A stretch of 64,000 bases of DNA, from positions 32,001 to 96,000 of the IMG/VR virus record IMGVR_UViG_3300035670_000038; one strand, given 5' to 3'. Under the pieces are notes generated by a model, which saw only the letters and a list, made by a program, of their open reading frames with translations, made no database searches and had not been told where the DNA came from. Position numbers and translations under genes: made by a program. This stretch comes from a virus. Shown piece after piece: positions 9,641-19,925 of this stretch. How positions within the stretch are numbered: position 1 is the first letter of the stretch; the number at the start of each line of letters is the position of its first letter.

Positions 9641-10542
9641 TGAATAAAATCTCTTACTCACAATACTCCATCTGGGCTAATTGTCCTCTCGCATGGAAGC
9701 TGAAGTATGTTGATGGTGTGAAGTTGGATGACGCATCAATTCATACCGTATTCGGTACTGCGATGCATGAGGTCATTCAAGAGTGGTTAGAGAACTATGT
9801 GTATCAAGGAAAGGATACACAGGCCAAGAGTATTGACTTGACCGAACCCTTGAAGCAGAAGTTTATTACTTTGTTCCAAGAGCAAACCACCGTAGATAAT
9901 AATGGTAACAAGGTATTCCTTTGTGATAAGAAAACTTTGATGGAGTTCTACAATCAAGGATGTGAGATTTTGTCGTATGTCCAGCAGCATCGTCAGAAGT
10001 TGTTCCCATCGAAGGATGTAACCCTTCTTGGAATTGAGCATCCGATTGAGGAAGAGGTTCGTCCTGGTGTCACCTTTATCGGATATATTGATATTATGGT
10101 GAAGAACGAAAAGACGGGAAAGATTACCATTTATGATTTAAAGACTTCTCGTGCAAGTTGGACACAGGCACAAAAGAGTGATCCTGTTAAGTTGAACCAA
10201 ATTCTTCTCTATAAGAAGTTTATCTCTGAGAAGTTTAATACTCCGTTGGAAATGATTGGGACCGAGTTTGTTATCTTGAAGCGGACGATTAGTGAGAATA
10301 GTCCGTATCCTATTCCTCGTGTTAGTTCCTTCGAACCGTCTAATGGAAAACCATCGGTCAACCGTGCATGGGGTCATATTGAAAAGTTCCTTAATGAGTG
10401 TTTCGATAATGAGGGAAATTATCGTACCGATTTGATTAAGGCAAACCCTAGTAAGGATAGTTGTAAGTATTGTGTGTATAATGATAAGGAAATCTATTGT
10501 CAAGAATCCTTTTACAAGATTAAGAAAAAGGTATTGGTGTGA
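9640..10542 (+). CDS. PD-(D/E)XK exonuclease (RecB/Cas4-like)
   Basis: ISYSQ...CP, FGTAMHE, GYID, IYDLKT, Q..LY, C..C.....C. Confidence 0.85.
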   Translation: MNKISYSQYSIWANCPLAWKLKYVDGVKLDDASIHTVFGTAMHEVIQEWLENYVYQGKDTQAKSIDLTEPLKQKFITLFQEQTTVDNNGNKVFLCDKKTLMEFYNQGCEILSYVQQHRQKLFPSKDVTLLGIEHPIEEEVRPGVTFIGYIDIMVKNEKTGKITIYDLKTSRASWTQAQKSDPVKLNQILLYKKFISEKFNTPLEMIGTEFVILKRTISENSPYPIPRVSSFEPSNGKPSVNRAWGHIEKFLNECFDNEGNYRTDLIKANPSKDSCKYCVYNDKEIYCQESFYKIKKKVLV

Positions 10543-11054
10543 TAGTCCAAGAGTTGAGTGTAGAGCATATCCCATCCACATACCATCTTGTAAGAGAAAC
10601 TATGTTCAATCTTTCCGAATATAATAGTCGGGGAAAAGAGGACCAATTAATAGCGTATTCACCTGATAAGTTAAAACTAAACATTAATAATCCTGATAGA
10701 CTTAATATTATTGCTATAGAAAACAATCAAGTTGTAGGATTTTTGTTTGGTGTAATAGAAAGATTGTCAATAGCTAATATGTTTTACGTAGAATGGTTTG
10801 GTGTAGACACTAAGTACAAAACTAAACGAATCAAGTTGGTGGATGGAAATACCACAACTGTAATTAATTTATTGTGGGACCATATGGAAATGTTTGCAAA
10901 GAGTAAAAATTTGAACGGTATATTAGGGGATAGTTTGGTAAGTAATAATAAAGCTATCAACTTTGGAAAACATAATGGAATGAATCTTTGGGCAGAAATG
11001 AAAAATCACTGGTACGGACAAGATTATTTTCTTTTTGGGAAATTTTATGGATAA
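10539..11054 (+). CDS. GNAT-family acetyltransferase
   Basis: VVGFLFG, YVEWFGVD, N.KAINF. Confidence 0.6.
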   Translation: MIVQELSVEHIPSTYHLVRETMFNLSEYNSRGKEDQLIAYSPDKLKLNINNPDRLNIIAIENNQVVGFLFGVIERLSIANMFYVEWFGVDTKYKTKRIKLVDGNTTTVINLLWDHMEMFAKSKNLNGILGDSLVSNNKAINFGKHNGMNLWAEMKNHWYGQDYFLFGKFYG

Positions 11055-11655
11055 TCCGATGGTCAACTATAGCAAGATTATTGCAGATACCGCAAGTAAT
11101 CATTATAATGTTCGTGATGAGTATAAGAACAACTCATACGAACAGAATGTAGCTATTACTATTAGTGAGCAACGTCCGTTTTCAGTTGGTGCGATTAACA
11201 TTACGGGTGAACTCAATATCGGAATGATGATTCGGTCTGCGTGTCTATTGGGTGCAGAGAACTTTTATATCTTTGGACGAAAGAAATTCGATAAGCGGTC
11301 CACAGTAGGGGCTGAGAAATATATTAATATCGTCCAGTATACGTTTGATGACCCGATACACGCGGATACCGAAATCAATGACCGATTGATGTATCTGTTG
11401 AAATGGAACAGTGTGGTATTGTGTGAACATGGTGGGACGGAGGCTGGTTCGTATCTCGCAAAACAAATGTACACCGAGTTGAAGAATCCGTTGTTCGTGT
11501 TCGGTTCGGAGAGTCATGGACTACCCGATATTATTACACAGAACGAAAACTTCTATAAGTTGAGTATTCCACAACGAGGTGTCCTTCGTTCGTTCAACGT
11601 ATCAGCAGCAATGAATATTATCGTGTGGGATTATATCAAGGAGAGGTACCTATGA
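11047..11655 (+). CDS. SpoU/TrmH-family RNA methyltransferase
   Basis: NIGMMIRSA, FVFGSESHGLP, SIPQRG.LRSFNVSAA. Confidence 0.88.
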   Translation: MDNPMVNYSKIIADTASNHYNVRDEYKNNSYEQNVAITISEQRPFSVGAINITGELNIGMMIRSACLLGAENFYIFGRKKFDKRSTVGAEKYINIVQYTFDDPIHADTEINDRLMYLLKWNSVVLCEHGGTEAGSYLAKQMYTELKNPLFVFGSESHGLPDIITQNENFYKLSIPQRGVLRSFNVSAAMNIIVWDYIKERYL

Positions 11656-11867
11656 ATCTGGAACGCAGAGTACAAGTATATGAAATGGTTCTTCGTCGGC
11701 TGAACGCATTCGGTAATCTCAATCCCAATCACGAAAAGATGCGGGAGCTAATGGTTGAGATTATGCATTGGCAACATACCAGACGAGGTGGAGAGTATAC
11801 CCAAGAAGAGTTGGACCAGATGGAAAATAAAGCATTTGAAAAACTTGCAAAAAAGGTGGGTCTATGA
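11652..11867 (+). CDS. hypothetical protein
   Basis: ATGA-coupled ORF. Confidence 0.55.
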   Translation: MNLERRVQVYEMVLRRLNAFGNLNPNHEKMRELMVEIMHWQHTRRGGEYTQEELDQMENKAFEKLAKKVGL

Positions 11868-12130
11868 CTAAATTAAAGGAAGCAGCAGTATTATTTTTTA
11901 TTCAGGTATTGAGTTATACCATTTGGTGTATTAACTTTAGAGCAGTGGCAGATGCACATTATCACACGGCTGCGGCAAGTGATTTCCTAATCGCATCAAT
12001 CCAGTTCTTCGTGATTCGTCGGATTGCTCACGGACAAGACCACCTACATCAATGGATGGGATATGCCGCAGGAAGTGTGGTAGGAAGTTATTTGGGGATT
12101 TGGATTTCCGCAACATTCTTGGGAGGTTGA
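11864..12130 (+). CDS. small membrane protein
   Basis: hydrophobic helices; GYAAGSVVGSYLG. Confidence 0.65.
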   Translation: MTKLKEAAVLFFIQVLSYTIWCINFRAVADAHYHTAAASDFLIASIQFFVIRRIAHGQDHLHQWMGYAAGSVVGSYLGIWISATFLGG

Positions 12131-12297
12131 TATGAGTGAAGGATTAGCTATTACATTGACGATTATCGTAACCACTATCGTTGGAATAGGAATATCCACC
12201 ACGTTCTATGCACGTTGTCGTGATTGTAGAGCAAAGATATACAAACATAGTATTCACAAGTGTCCAGTATCGGGCAAACGATATAGGGGGATGTAAT

Positions 12298-12657
12298 ATG
12301 ATTGAGAAGATTGAGAAGCCGTGGGGAAGTGAATTAAAGTTTGCACATACGGCACATTATGTTGGAAAGATTCTGGAAGTGAAAGGTGGGGAAGCATTGA
12401 GTGTCCAATACCACAAACAGAAAGTGGAAACGATGCACGTAATTGAAGGTACGGGTCGTATGGTTCTTTATGTGATGGATGAAGATGGTGAAACCACGGT
12501 GACAAGTGTTAAGGCTATGGAACCGAAGGATACATTTCATATCCCACCCAACCAGATTCACAGAATTATTGCAGATACAGATATGAAGATTATTGAAGTA
12601 TCTACCAACCATTTAAATGATTTGGTCAGATTACAGGACAAATACGATAGGAAGTAA
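12298..12657 (+). CDS. cupin (mannose-6-phosphate isomerase type II-like)
   Basis: KPWG, LSVQYH..K.E, IPPNQIHR, EVST....D.VRLQD.Y.R. Confidence 0.8.
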   Translation: MIEKIEKPWGSELKFAHTAHYVGKILEVKGGEALSVQYHKQKVETMHVIEGTGRMVLYVMDEDGETTVTSVKAMEPKDTFHIPPNQIHRIIADTDMKIIEVSTNHLNDLVRLQDKYDRK

Positions 12658-12659
12658 TT

Positions 12660-13358
12660 ATGATTTTATTATTGGGTGACATCCACGGAGACTACACTAT
12701 TCTCCAAAAGGCGATAGAGAAGGCTGAATGGGCGGGTGCAAAGGCACTTATCCAAGTTGGTGACTTTTGCTTATTTCGTGGTGGTCAAACCGATTTGGGT
12801 GCAAGACTTCCCGATAATCAAGATGACTTTCATAAAGTAGTCACCAAGTCTAAAATCCCAGTGTATTTCATCGACGGTAATCACGATGACTGTGACCGAT
12901 GGTTATATCACACAGAGGTTACACAGGTGTTCGATGATGCACCATTCTATTATGTCCCTCGTGGAACTGTTATGGAAATAGATGATAGGATTGTTGCTTT
13001 TATGGGTGGTGCGTCGAGTATCAATAAGAAGTGGTCACTTCGTGATGGTGCACATTGGACACCATTGGAAGATATTCGTCAAGAAGATATTGATAAGCTT
13101 CTACGAAATATCGAAGGTAAGAAGATTGATATGTTTATTACGCACATACCTCCACACAGTGTTATCCAAGAACATTTTGATAATAGTGCAAAACTATTCT
13201 TCGAAGTGGGATTAGACTGGCACGACCAGAACCAAACGATTGTTGAGGAATTGTGGCATAAGTTAGGAACACCTGAGATTTTCTCAGGACATATGCATAA
13301 ACGAGTAGTGGGAATGACTTACAGAATTTTGGATATAAACGAACTTTTGGCAGTCTAA
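12660..13358 (+). CDS. calcineurin-like metallophosphoesterase
   Basis: GDIHG, VGDF, DGNHD, THIPP, GHMH. Confidence 0.9.
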   Translation: MILLLGDIHGDYTILQKAIEKAEWAGAKALIQVGDFCLFRGGQTDLGARLPDNQDDFHKVVTKSKIPVYFIDGNHDDCDRWLYHTEVTQVFDDAPFYYVPRGTVMEIDDRIVAFMGGASSINKKWSLRDGAHWTPLEDIRQEDIDKLLRNIEGKKIDMFITHIPPHSVIQEHFDNSAKLFFEVGLDWHDQNQTIVEELWHKLGTPEIFSGHMHKRVVGMTYRILDINELLAV

Positions 13359-13398
13359 CTTACTATTTATTCTATAGAAATCTATAGAAAGGTTACGT

Positions 13399-13563
13399 AT
13401 GAAAAAAGATAAGCAACACTATACTACCGTTCAAATCACGAAAGAAATAAACAACCACATCCGTGAGTTCTGTAAACTCAATGGACTGGTCGCTAGCTCT
13501 GTAACAGAGATGTTATGGTCTAGGCATATTTCTTCAAGTATGAGCGGTAGTATTGTTTTATAG
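13399..13563 (+). CDS. small putative DNA-binding protein
   Basis: 54-aa ORF MKKDKQHYTTVQITKEINNHIREFCKLNG..., RHH-like; ACTATTTAT motif upstream. Confidence 0.45.
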   Translation: MKKDKQHYTTVQITKEINNHIREFCKLNGLVASSVTEMLWSRHISSSMSGSIVL

Positions 13564-13571
13564 GAGATAAT

Positions 13572-13829
13572 ATGTCAGAAGAACAATTGGTGAATATCAT
13601 CAGACAACAATTGGATGAAGAAGCAGATACATCTTCTCCAAGACAACGTGTTTTCAAAACAGCACAGAAGGGAAATAACATCTTCGCAGAAAGTATAGGT
13701 CGTGCAGTGTATGAATATTTGGATACAATATACTTTGAACGTATCATTACGTACATCGAAGATACCTACGAACCACGTATCAAGAGATTAGAAGAACGAG
13801 TTACATCATTAGAAGCAAGGGTAAAATAA
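13572..13829 (+). CDS. hypothetical protein
   Basis: GGAG RBS; C-terminal coiled coil. Confidence 0.6.
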   Translation: MSEEQLVNIIRQQLDEEADTSSPRQRVFKTAQKGNNIFAESIGRAVYEYLDTIYFERIITYIEDTYEPRIKRLEERVTSLEARVK

Positions 13830-13832
13830 TAT

Positions 13833-15239
13833 ATGAGTAATAAGAAAGGTTACATTCCAAAGGACCAACGAAAGAAAATTTTATTCCTCGCAGACGATAT
13901 GCGAGTAACATCTGGTGTTGGAACAATGGCACGAGAAATCATTGAAGGTACTGCTCACCGATTTAATTGGGTACAAGTAGGAGCAGCGGTAAGTCATCCA
14001 GAAGCAGGTAAGATGTTGGATATGTCTGATGCTTTAAATAACGAACTTGGTATGACGGATGCCAATGTTAAGATCGTTCCATATAATGGATATGGTGACA
14101 GTCGATTAATCCGTCAATTAATTGAAATGGAAAAGCCAGATGCCATTCTTCATTTTACTGACCCTCGTTATTGGATTTGGTTGTATCAAATAGAACACGA
14201 AATTCGTCAAAAGATTCCGATGTTTTTCTACGCCATCTGGGATGACCTCCCATATCCATATTACAATGAAAACTTCTATCGGTCTGATGATTGGATTGGA
14301 TGTATCAGTAAGCAGACCTATAATATTGTTAAACACGTATCCCGTAAGGAACCACGTGAACCGTGGTCATTGACTTATGTTCCGCATGGCATTAATACAA
14401 AGCGATTTGGTCCATTACCTGCGGACGATAAGGAAATGTTGGAAGTTCGTCAACGATTGTTTAATGGTGAAGAAGTTGATTATGTAGTATTTTACAACAG
14501 CAGAAACATTCGTCGTAAGATGACATCCGACATTTTGTTGGCATTTGATACATTTATGAAGGCACTTCCAGAAGAAAAACGAAAGAAGTGTCGTTTAGTA
14601 ATGCATACGCAGAAAGTAGATGACCATGGTACAGATTTACCTGTTGTCATCCGTGATGTGGTTCCTGGTATTGAACCATATGTTGTATTCTCAGACGAAC
14701 GTATCGAAGCAAAGCACATTAATATTCTTTACAATATCGCAGATGTTACAATCAATCTTTCCAGTAACGAAGGATTTGGTTTAGGTACTTGCGAAAGTAT
14801 AATAGCAGGAACTCCTATTATTGTAAACGTTACTGGTGGATTACAAGACCAATGTGGATTCGTAAATGACGAAGGAGAATATCTAGACCCAGAACGTGAC
14901 TTCACATATGAATGGGGAACAAACGCAGATGGTAGATTCCGTAAGCATGGTGAATGGGCATTTCCAGTATTTCCAGTATCACGTTCTCTTCAAGGTTCAC
15001 CATTAACTCCATATATTTTTGATGACCGTGCATCGTGGACAGATGCAGCAAATCGTTTGATGGAAGTATATTTGTTAGACCGTGAGGAACGGAAACGCCG
15101 TGGAATGTTAGGTCGTGAATATGCACTTGGACCAGGACAATTTACCGCAGAACGTATGTGTGAATTATTCATTCAAGATATGGAAAACGCATGGGAAAAC
15201 TGGACTCCACGTAAACGATTTACTTTGGTGAAGGCATGA
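13833..15239 (+). CDS. GT4-family glycosyltransferase
   Basis: SGVG, YVPHGI, RNIRRK, EGFGLGTCE. Confidence 0.88.
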   Translation: MSNKKGYIPKDQRKKILFLADDMRVTSGVGTMAREIIEGTAHRFNWVQVGAAVSHPEAGKMLDMSDALNNELGMTDANVKIVPYNGYGDSRLIRQLIEMEKPDAILHFTDPRYWIWLYQIEHEIRQKIPMFFYAIWDDLPYPYYNENFYRSDDWIGCISKQTYNIVKHVSRKEPREPWSLTYVPHGINTKRFGPLPADDKEMLEVRQRLFNGEEVDYVVFYNSRNIRRKMTSDILLAFDTFMKALPEEKRKKCRLVMHTQKVDDHGTDLPVVIRDVVPGIEPYVVFSDERIEAKHINILYNIADVTINLSSNEGFGLGTCESIIAGTPIIVNVTGGLQDQCGFVNDEGEYLDPERDFTYEWGTNADGRFRKHGEWAFPVFPVSRSLQGSPLTPYIFDDRASWTDAANRLMEVYLLDREERKRRGMLGREYALGPGQFTAERMCELFIQDMENAWENWTPRKRFTLVKA

Positions 15240-16213
15240 TGAAAACAGCATTGGTTACTGGAATTAATGGACAAGACGGTTCCTATATGGCAGACTTTCT
15301 TCTCGACAGGGGATATAAAGTATATGGAATGGAACGTAGAGCATCAGTAAAGATTCGTGAAAACACAAAACATTTGGAGAGTAATCCAAACTTTGAATTT
15401 ATTATCGGAGATTTGTCTGACCAGAATTCACTACTCCGGTGTTTAAAAGCTACGAAGTGCTCGGAAGTATACAACTTCGCAGCACAATCATTCGTGGGTG
15501 AAAGTTGGAATACCCCAGAACAGACAAGTGATATTACTGGATTAGGTGTTCTTCGTATGTTAGAAGCTATTCGTGAATATGGTGAACCTGTAAAATTCTA
15601 CCAAGCATCGTCAAGTGAAATGTTTGGTCGGTTGGTGGAGAATCCAGCAAAGGAAACTACTCCATTCTATCCACGGTCACCATATGGTGTGTCCAAGTTG
15701 TATGGACATTGGATTACAAAGAACTACCGTGAGAGTTATGGAATGTTTAATGTTTCTGGGTTATTGTTCAATCACGAATCGGAACGCCGTGGGTTAGAAT
15801 TCGTTACTAGAAAGATTACTAATGGTGTTGCACGAATTGACCGTGGATTTGATAAAGTTATTGAATTGGGAAACCTTGACGCCGGACGAGATTGGGGTTA
15901 TGCTCCTGATTATGTAGAAGCAGCATGGATGATGTTACAACAAGACGAACCAGATGATTATGTTATTGCTACTGGTGTTACGAAAACTATCCGTGATTTC
16001 TTGGACGCAGCGTTTGCAGCAGTAGATATTATGGATTGGGAACCATTTGTAAAGGTAAATCCAAAGTTCCTTCGTCCAGCAGAAGTAGAGACACTTCGTG
16101 GAGATGCAAGTAAGGCAAAAGAAAAGTTTGGATGGGAACCCAAAACTCCATTTGAAGTGTGGGTAGAAAGAATGGTAGTAGCAGATATTGATAGATTAGA
16201 AAAACGAGGTTAA
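15236..16213 (+). CDS. gmd: GDP-mannose 4,6-dehydratase
   Basis: TGINGQDGSY, AAQSFV, YPRSPYGVSK, FNHES, FVTRKI, RDWG, RPAEV. Confidence 0.95.
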   Translation: MMKTALVTGINGQDGSYMADFLLDRGYKVYGMERRASVKIRENTKHLESNPNFEFIIGDLSDQNSLLRCLKATKCSEVYNFAAQSFVGESWNTPEQTSDITGLGVLRMLEAIREYGEPVKFYQASSSEMFGRLVENPAKETTPFYPRSPYGVSKLYGHWITKNYRESYGMFNVSGLLFNHESERRGLEFVTRKITNGVARIDRGFDKVIELGNLDAGRDWGYAPDYVEAAWMMLQQDEPDDYVIATGVTKTIRDFLDAAFAAVDIMDWEPFVKVNPKFLRPAEVETLRGDASKAKEKFGWEPKTPFEVWVERMVVADIDRLEKRG

Positions 16214-16214
16214 T

Positions 16215-17522
16215 ATGTTAGGTAAACCGTTATGTATAGTTAGAGCACCATGCCAAACACGTTCTGGATATGGTGATATGAGTAGAGACATCATCCGTCA
16301 CATTATTGAATGGGATAAGTTTGATGTGAAGATTCACAGTGTACCGTGGGGTGATACACCGATGAATGCATTGGATGAAAATAATCCAAAAGACAAGATG
16401 TTGCTAGATAGAATTGTTAAGAATGGACAACTCCCAAGACCAGACTTGTATGTGACCATTACCATTCCAACGGAATTTGAACCAGTTGGTAAATATAACA
16501 TTGGTATTACCGCTGGCATTGAGACATCAGTTGCATCGGTACAATGGATTCAGGCGTGTAACAAAATGGATTTGGTACTAACCATTTCTGAGCATTCCAA
16601 GAACGTATTTCACTTTTCAAAATACACACAAAAAGACCAAAATGGAAATACTCTTGGTGAAATTAAAATTGAAAAACCGTTAGAAGTTTTACATAACTGC
16701 ATTGACACCAATGTATTTAAGAAGTTGGAATATGAATCGGATGTAGAAAAGTCGGTTCGAGAAGAACTTGCACAAATTCCAGAAAAGTTCTGTTATTTGT
16801 TTGTCGGTCACTGGCTCCGTGGTGACTTTGGTGAAGATAGAAAGAATGTTCCTTTCCTCATCAAGATATTCTTAGAAACTTTCAAACAAGTTCCAGACAA
16901 GGAAAAACCAGCGTTAATTCTCAAAACCAGCTCGGCTGGATTCTCCCTACTTGACAGGGAAGAAATTTTGAATAAGATTAATCAAGTGAAAAATTCAGTT
17001 TCTTTGGCTGCTGGACAAACTCTTCCAAATATTTATTTATTGCATGGTGAGTTGACAGATAAAGAAATGAATTCTTTATACAATCATCCAAAGGTAATGG
17101 CACACGTTAGTTTCACCAAGGGTGAAGGATTCGGCCGTCCATTACTCGAAGCATCGGTAAGCGGTAAACCAATTATTGCATCTGGTTGGAGTGGTCAATT
17201 AGATTTCTTAGACCAGAGTAATGCAGTTTTGGTTGGTGGTGAACTAAAACCAATTCATAATAGTTCTATATGGGATGGGGTATTAATTAAAGAATCAACT
17301 TGGTTTGCACCAGACATGAATCAGAGCGCAAATGCTCTGTACGCAGTGTTCAAGAATTATAGTCAGTTTAAGAAGCGTGCAAATATGTTGGCTAGAGAAA
17401 ATAGTAAAAAGTTTTCTTACCAAACAATACAGAAGAAAACGTGGGAACTTCTCGACCAATATGTTCCAAAGTTCTCAGTAGAAACTAAACTGGTTTTGCC
17501 AACACTTAAAAAGATTAACTAA
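16215..17522 (+). CDS. GT4-family glycosyltransferase
   Basis: SGYG, RKN, GEGFGRPLLEA, SGWSGQLDF. Confidence 0.85.
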   Translation: MLGKPLCIVRAPCQTRSGYGDMSRDIIRHIIEWDKFDVKIHSVPWGDTPMNALDENNPKDKMLLDRIVKNGQLPRPDLYVTITIPTEFEPVGKYNIGITAGIETSVASVQWIQACNKMDLVLTISEHSKNVFHFSKYTQKDQNGNTLGEIKIEKPLEVLHNCIDTNVFKKLEYESDVEKSVREELAQIPEKFCYLFVGHWLRGDFGEDRKNVPFLIKIFLETFKQVPDKEKPALILKTSSAGFSLLDREEILNKINQVKNSVSLAAGQTLPNIYLLHGELTDKEMNSLYNHPKVMAHVSFTKGEGFGRPLLEASVSGKPIIASGWSGQLDFLDQSNAVLVGGELKPIHNSSIWDGVLIKESTWFAPDMNQSANALYAVFKNYSQFKKRANMLARENSKKFSYQTIQKKTWELLDQYVPKFSVETKLVLPTLKKIN

Positions 17523-17902
17523 TGGCAATTGAAGAAATTAGAAGTACGTTGGGGATTCGTTCCTTCGTATCTAGAGCAGATTTAACACCAGGTAAAGTTA
17601 TTCAGTTCACATACGATGGTGAACAAAAATACGCACTGGTGTTAAATCCCGAATGGGAAGGTAAACTCCACGCACTTTCTATTAAAGATGTAAATCTTTC
17701 TAAATTTACAGAAATAAGAAAGTTGGTAGGTTCAGATGTTGATGGACAAGTATTATATTCTAAGTTTAGAAATTCAAGTTTAGTCGCGGATAGACCTTAT
17801 CGAACCTATTTATTATCAAAGGTATCTACGTTACGTGAAGTGTTTGTAAAAGAAGAAGTATTAAAGAAAGCTGAAGTAACGGAGAATATGTATGGGGAAT
17901 AA
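17522..17902 (+). CDS. hypothetical protein (weak resemblance to DNA end-protector gp2)
   Basis: G....F.Y, YRTY motif. Confidence 0.5.
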   Translation: MAIEEIRSTLGIRSFVSRADLTPGKVIQFTYDGEQKYALVLNPEWEGKLHALSIKDVNLSKFTEIRKLVGSDVDGQVLYSKFRNSSLVADRPYRTYLLSKVSTLREVFVKEEVLKKAEVTENMYGE

Positions 17903-18066
17903 CACATACCAACACCCACTTACCAATCTAAATTACGATAAACCAATAAATTTACAGAAGCTAATACCTAAAAGGGAATGGTGGACTGTTTGGTATTATA
18001 TCTTTACTGGTAAGATGATTGACTTAAAAAAAGAAAACAATAACTAATATTTAAAGGAAGGGTTAT

Positions 18067-19092
18067 ATGACATACGAAGGTAATGTAAGTAAAAAACCAC
18101 TGAACACAGCGGAGAAAGTCGCTGTGGTTTTCGGTGGTTGTGGTTTTATAGGACACCATCTAGCTCGTAGATTACAACAAGAAGGATATTGGGTCAGAGT
18201 TGCTGACATCAAACCCCCAGAACATTGTGAACTTTCTACTTTCGCAGACGATTTCTATCACGGAGACTTGTCAAATGAAGGTATGACGTACAACGCTCTC
18301 AATCTTGGTAGAACCGATATTGAGGTATATCAACTTGCCGCGGATATGGGTGGTGCACAATATATCTTTAGTGGTGATAATGACGCAAATGTAATGTCAA
18401 ACTCCGCAGCTATCAATCTGAACGTTGTTCGTTCGATGATACGCTTGAAGTTAAAGAAGGTATTCTACTCATCGTCAGCATGTATCTATCCAGAACATAA
18501 CCAGATGGACCCTGACAATCCCAATTGCGAAGAGAGTTCGGCATATCCCGCAAATCCAGATTCGGAATATGGATGGGAGAAATTGTTTAGTGAACGCCTT
18601 TATATGTCATTCAAGAGAAACTATGGTATCGAATGTCGTATTGCACGATTTCATAATATCTACGGACCAGAAGGTACGTGGAGAGGTGGTAAAGAAAAGG
18701 CACCCGCAGCTCTCTGTCGTAAGGTATTGTTTACCCCAAGTGGTCGTTCAATAGAAATGTTTGGAGATGGTAAGCAGACCCGTTCATTCTTATATGTAGA
18801 CGAATGTGTTGAAGGTATTCTTCGATTGATGCGGTCTGATTATTGGAAGCCAGTTAATATTGGTTCGGAAGAAATGATTTCCATCAATGACTTTGCAAAG
18901 ATGATTATGGAAGTTGCTGGTAAGGAACTAGATATTGAACACATTCCAGGCCCACTTGGTGTCCGTGGTCGTTCTTCTGATAATAGACTTGTTCGTGAAG
19001 TATTGGGATGGGAACCAAATGCTCCACTTCGTGAAGGTATAACCAAGACATACAACTGGATTAAGGAAGTTGTAGAGAGTGAAAAGACATGA
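18067..19092 (+). CDS. GDP-mannose 3,5-epimerase-like SDR
   Basis: GGCGFIG, QLAADMGG, SSACIYP, YGWEKLFSE, RFHNIYGP, EKAPAALCRK, GVRGR. Confidence 0.88.
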   Translation: MTYEGNVSKKPLNTAEKVAVVFGGCGFIGHHLARRLQQEGYWVRVADIKPPEHCELSTFADDFYHGDLSNEGMTYNALNLGRTDIEVYQLAADMGGAQYIFSGDNDANVMSNSAAINLNVVRSMIRLKLKKVFYSSSACIYPEHNQMDPDNPNCEESSAYPANPDSEYGWEKLFSERLYMSFKRNYGIECRIARFHNIYGPEGTWRGGKEKAPAALCRKVLFTPSGRSIEMFGDGKQTRSFLYVDECVEGILRLMRSDYWKPVNIGSEEMISINDFAKMIMEVAGKELDIEHIPGPLGVRGRSSDNRLVREVLGWEPNAPLREGITKTYNWIKEVVESEKT

Positions 19093-19925
19093 TTACGCAT
19101 GTTGGGATAGGAAACTCTGGACGATTTGGTAATCAAATATTCCAACTTGCTGCATTGATTGGTATTGCAGAAAAGAACGGATATGATATAAAGATTCCCA
19201 TAGAGAATACTGATAATCCATTTACATTTTTCGATTTGGCAAAACAACAAGCCGAACCAACTGGTATGGAACTTCGTAGACCATTTCTTATCCCAGACGA
19301 ATACTTTTCTCCATTTACTGACATCGCATCTGTGGTCAAGCAACGATATCAAGAACCATTCTTTCACTTCAATGGTGCAACATTAGATATTCCCGACAAT
19401 ACAGATATTGCTGGATTTTTTCAAAGTGAAAAGTATTTCAAACACGCAGAACAAACGGTTCGTGAAGTACTTACATTCCGTCCAGAAATAAGACAACAAG
19501 CTCAAATAGAATTGGCAAAGGTCAAGGACGATGCACCACGAGTGTCTATCCACGTTCGTCGTGGAGATTATGTAGCAAACTCGGCAAATCATACGGTGAC
19601 GGGTATGGAGTATTATGCTGAAGCTATTAGCAAGTTCTTTTCAAATGAATCATATCGATTCGTTGTATTCTCCGATGACCCAGAATGGTGTAAGGAAATG
19701 TTTGAAGGTGGACATATCGTAGACATCAATAACTCATATGTTGAGATGTGTATGATGAGTATGTGCGACCACCATATTATCGCAAATAGTTCATTCAGTT
19801 GGTGGGGAGCATGGTTAAATCCAAACCCAAAGAAGATTGTCACTGCACCCTCACTCTGGTTTGGTCCGAACCTTCGTCATAATAGTATTGTAGACATTCT
19901 ACCTGATGAGTGGTTTTGGATATGA
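19089..19925 (+). CDS. GT11 alpha-1,2-fucosyltransferase-like
   Basis: GRFGNQIFQ, GFFQSEKYF, HVRRGDY, FSDD, ANSSFSWWGA. Confidence 0.92.
   Translation: MITHVGIGNSGRFGNQIFQLAALIGIAEKNGYDIKIPIENTDNPFTFFDLAKQQAEPTGMELRRPFLIPDEYFSPFTDIASVVKQRYQEPFFHFNGATLDIPDNTDIAGFFQSEKYFKHAEQTVREVLTFRPEIRQQAQIELAKVKDDAPRVSIHVRRGDYVANSANHTVTGMEYYAEAISKFFSNESYRFVVFSDDPEWCKEMFEGGHIVDINNSYVEMCMMSMCDHHIIANSSFSWWGAWLNPNPKKIVTAPSLWFGPNLRHNSIVDILPDEWFWI

Noticed and set aside
9640-10542. Cas4 as evidence of CRISPR-Cas
   Set aside because: It is a stand-alone PD-(D/E)XK exonuclease common in phages, with no cas1/cas2 or array.
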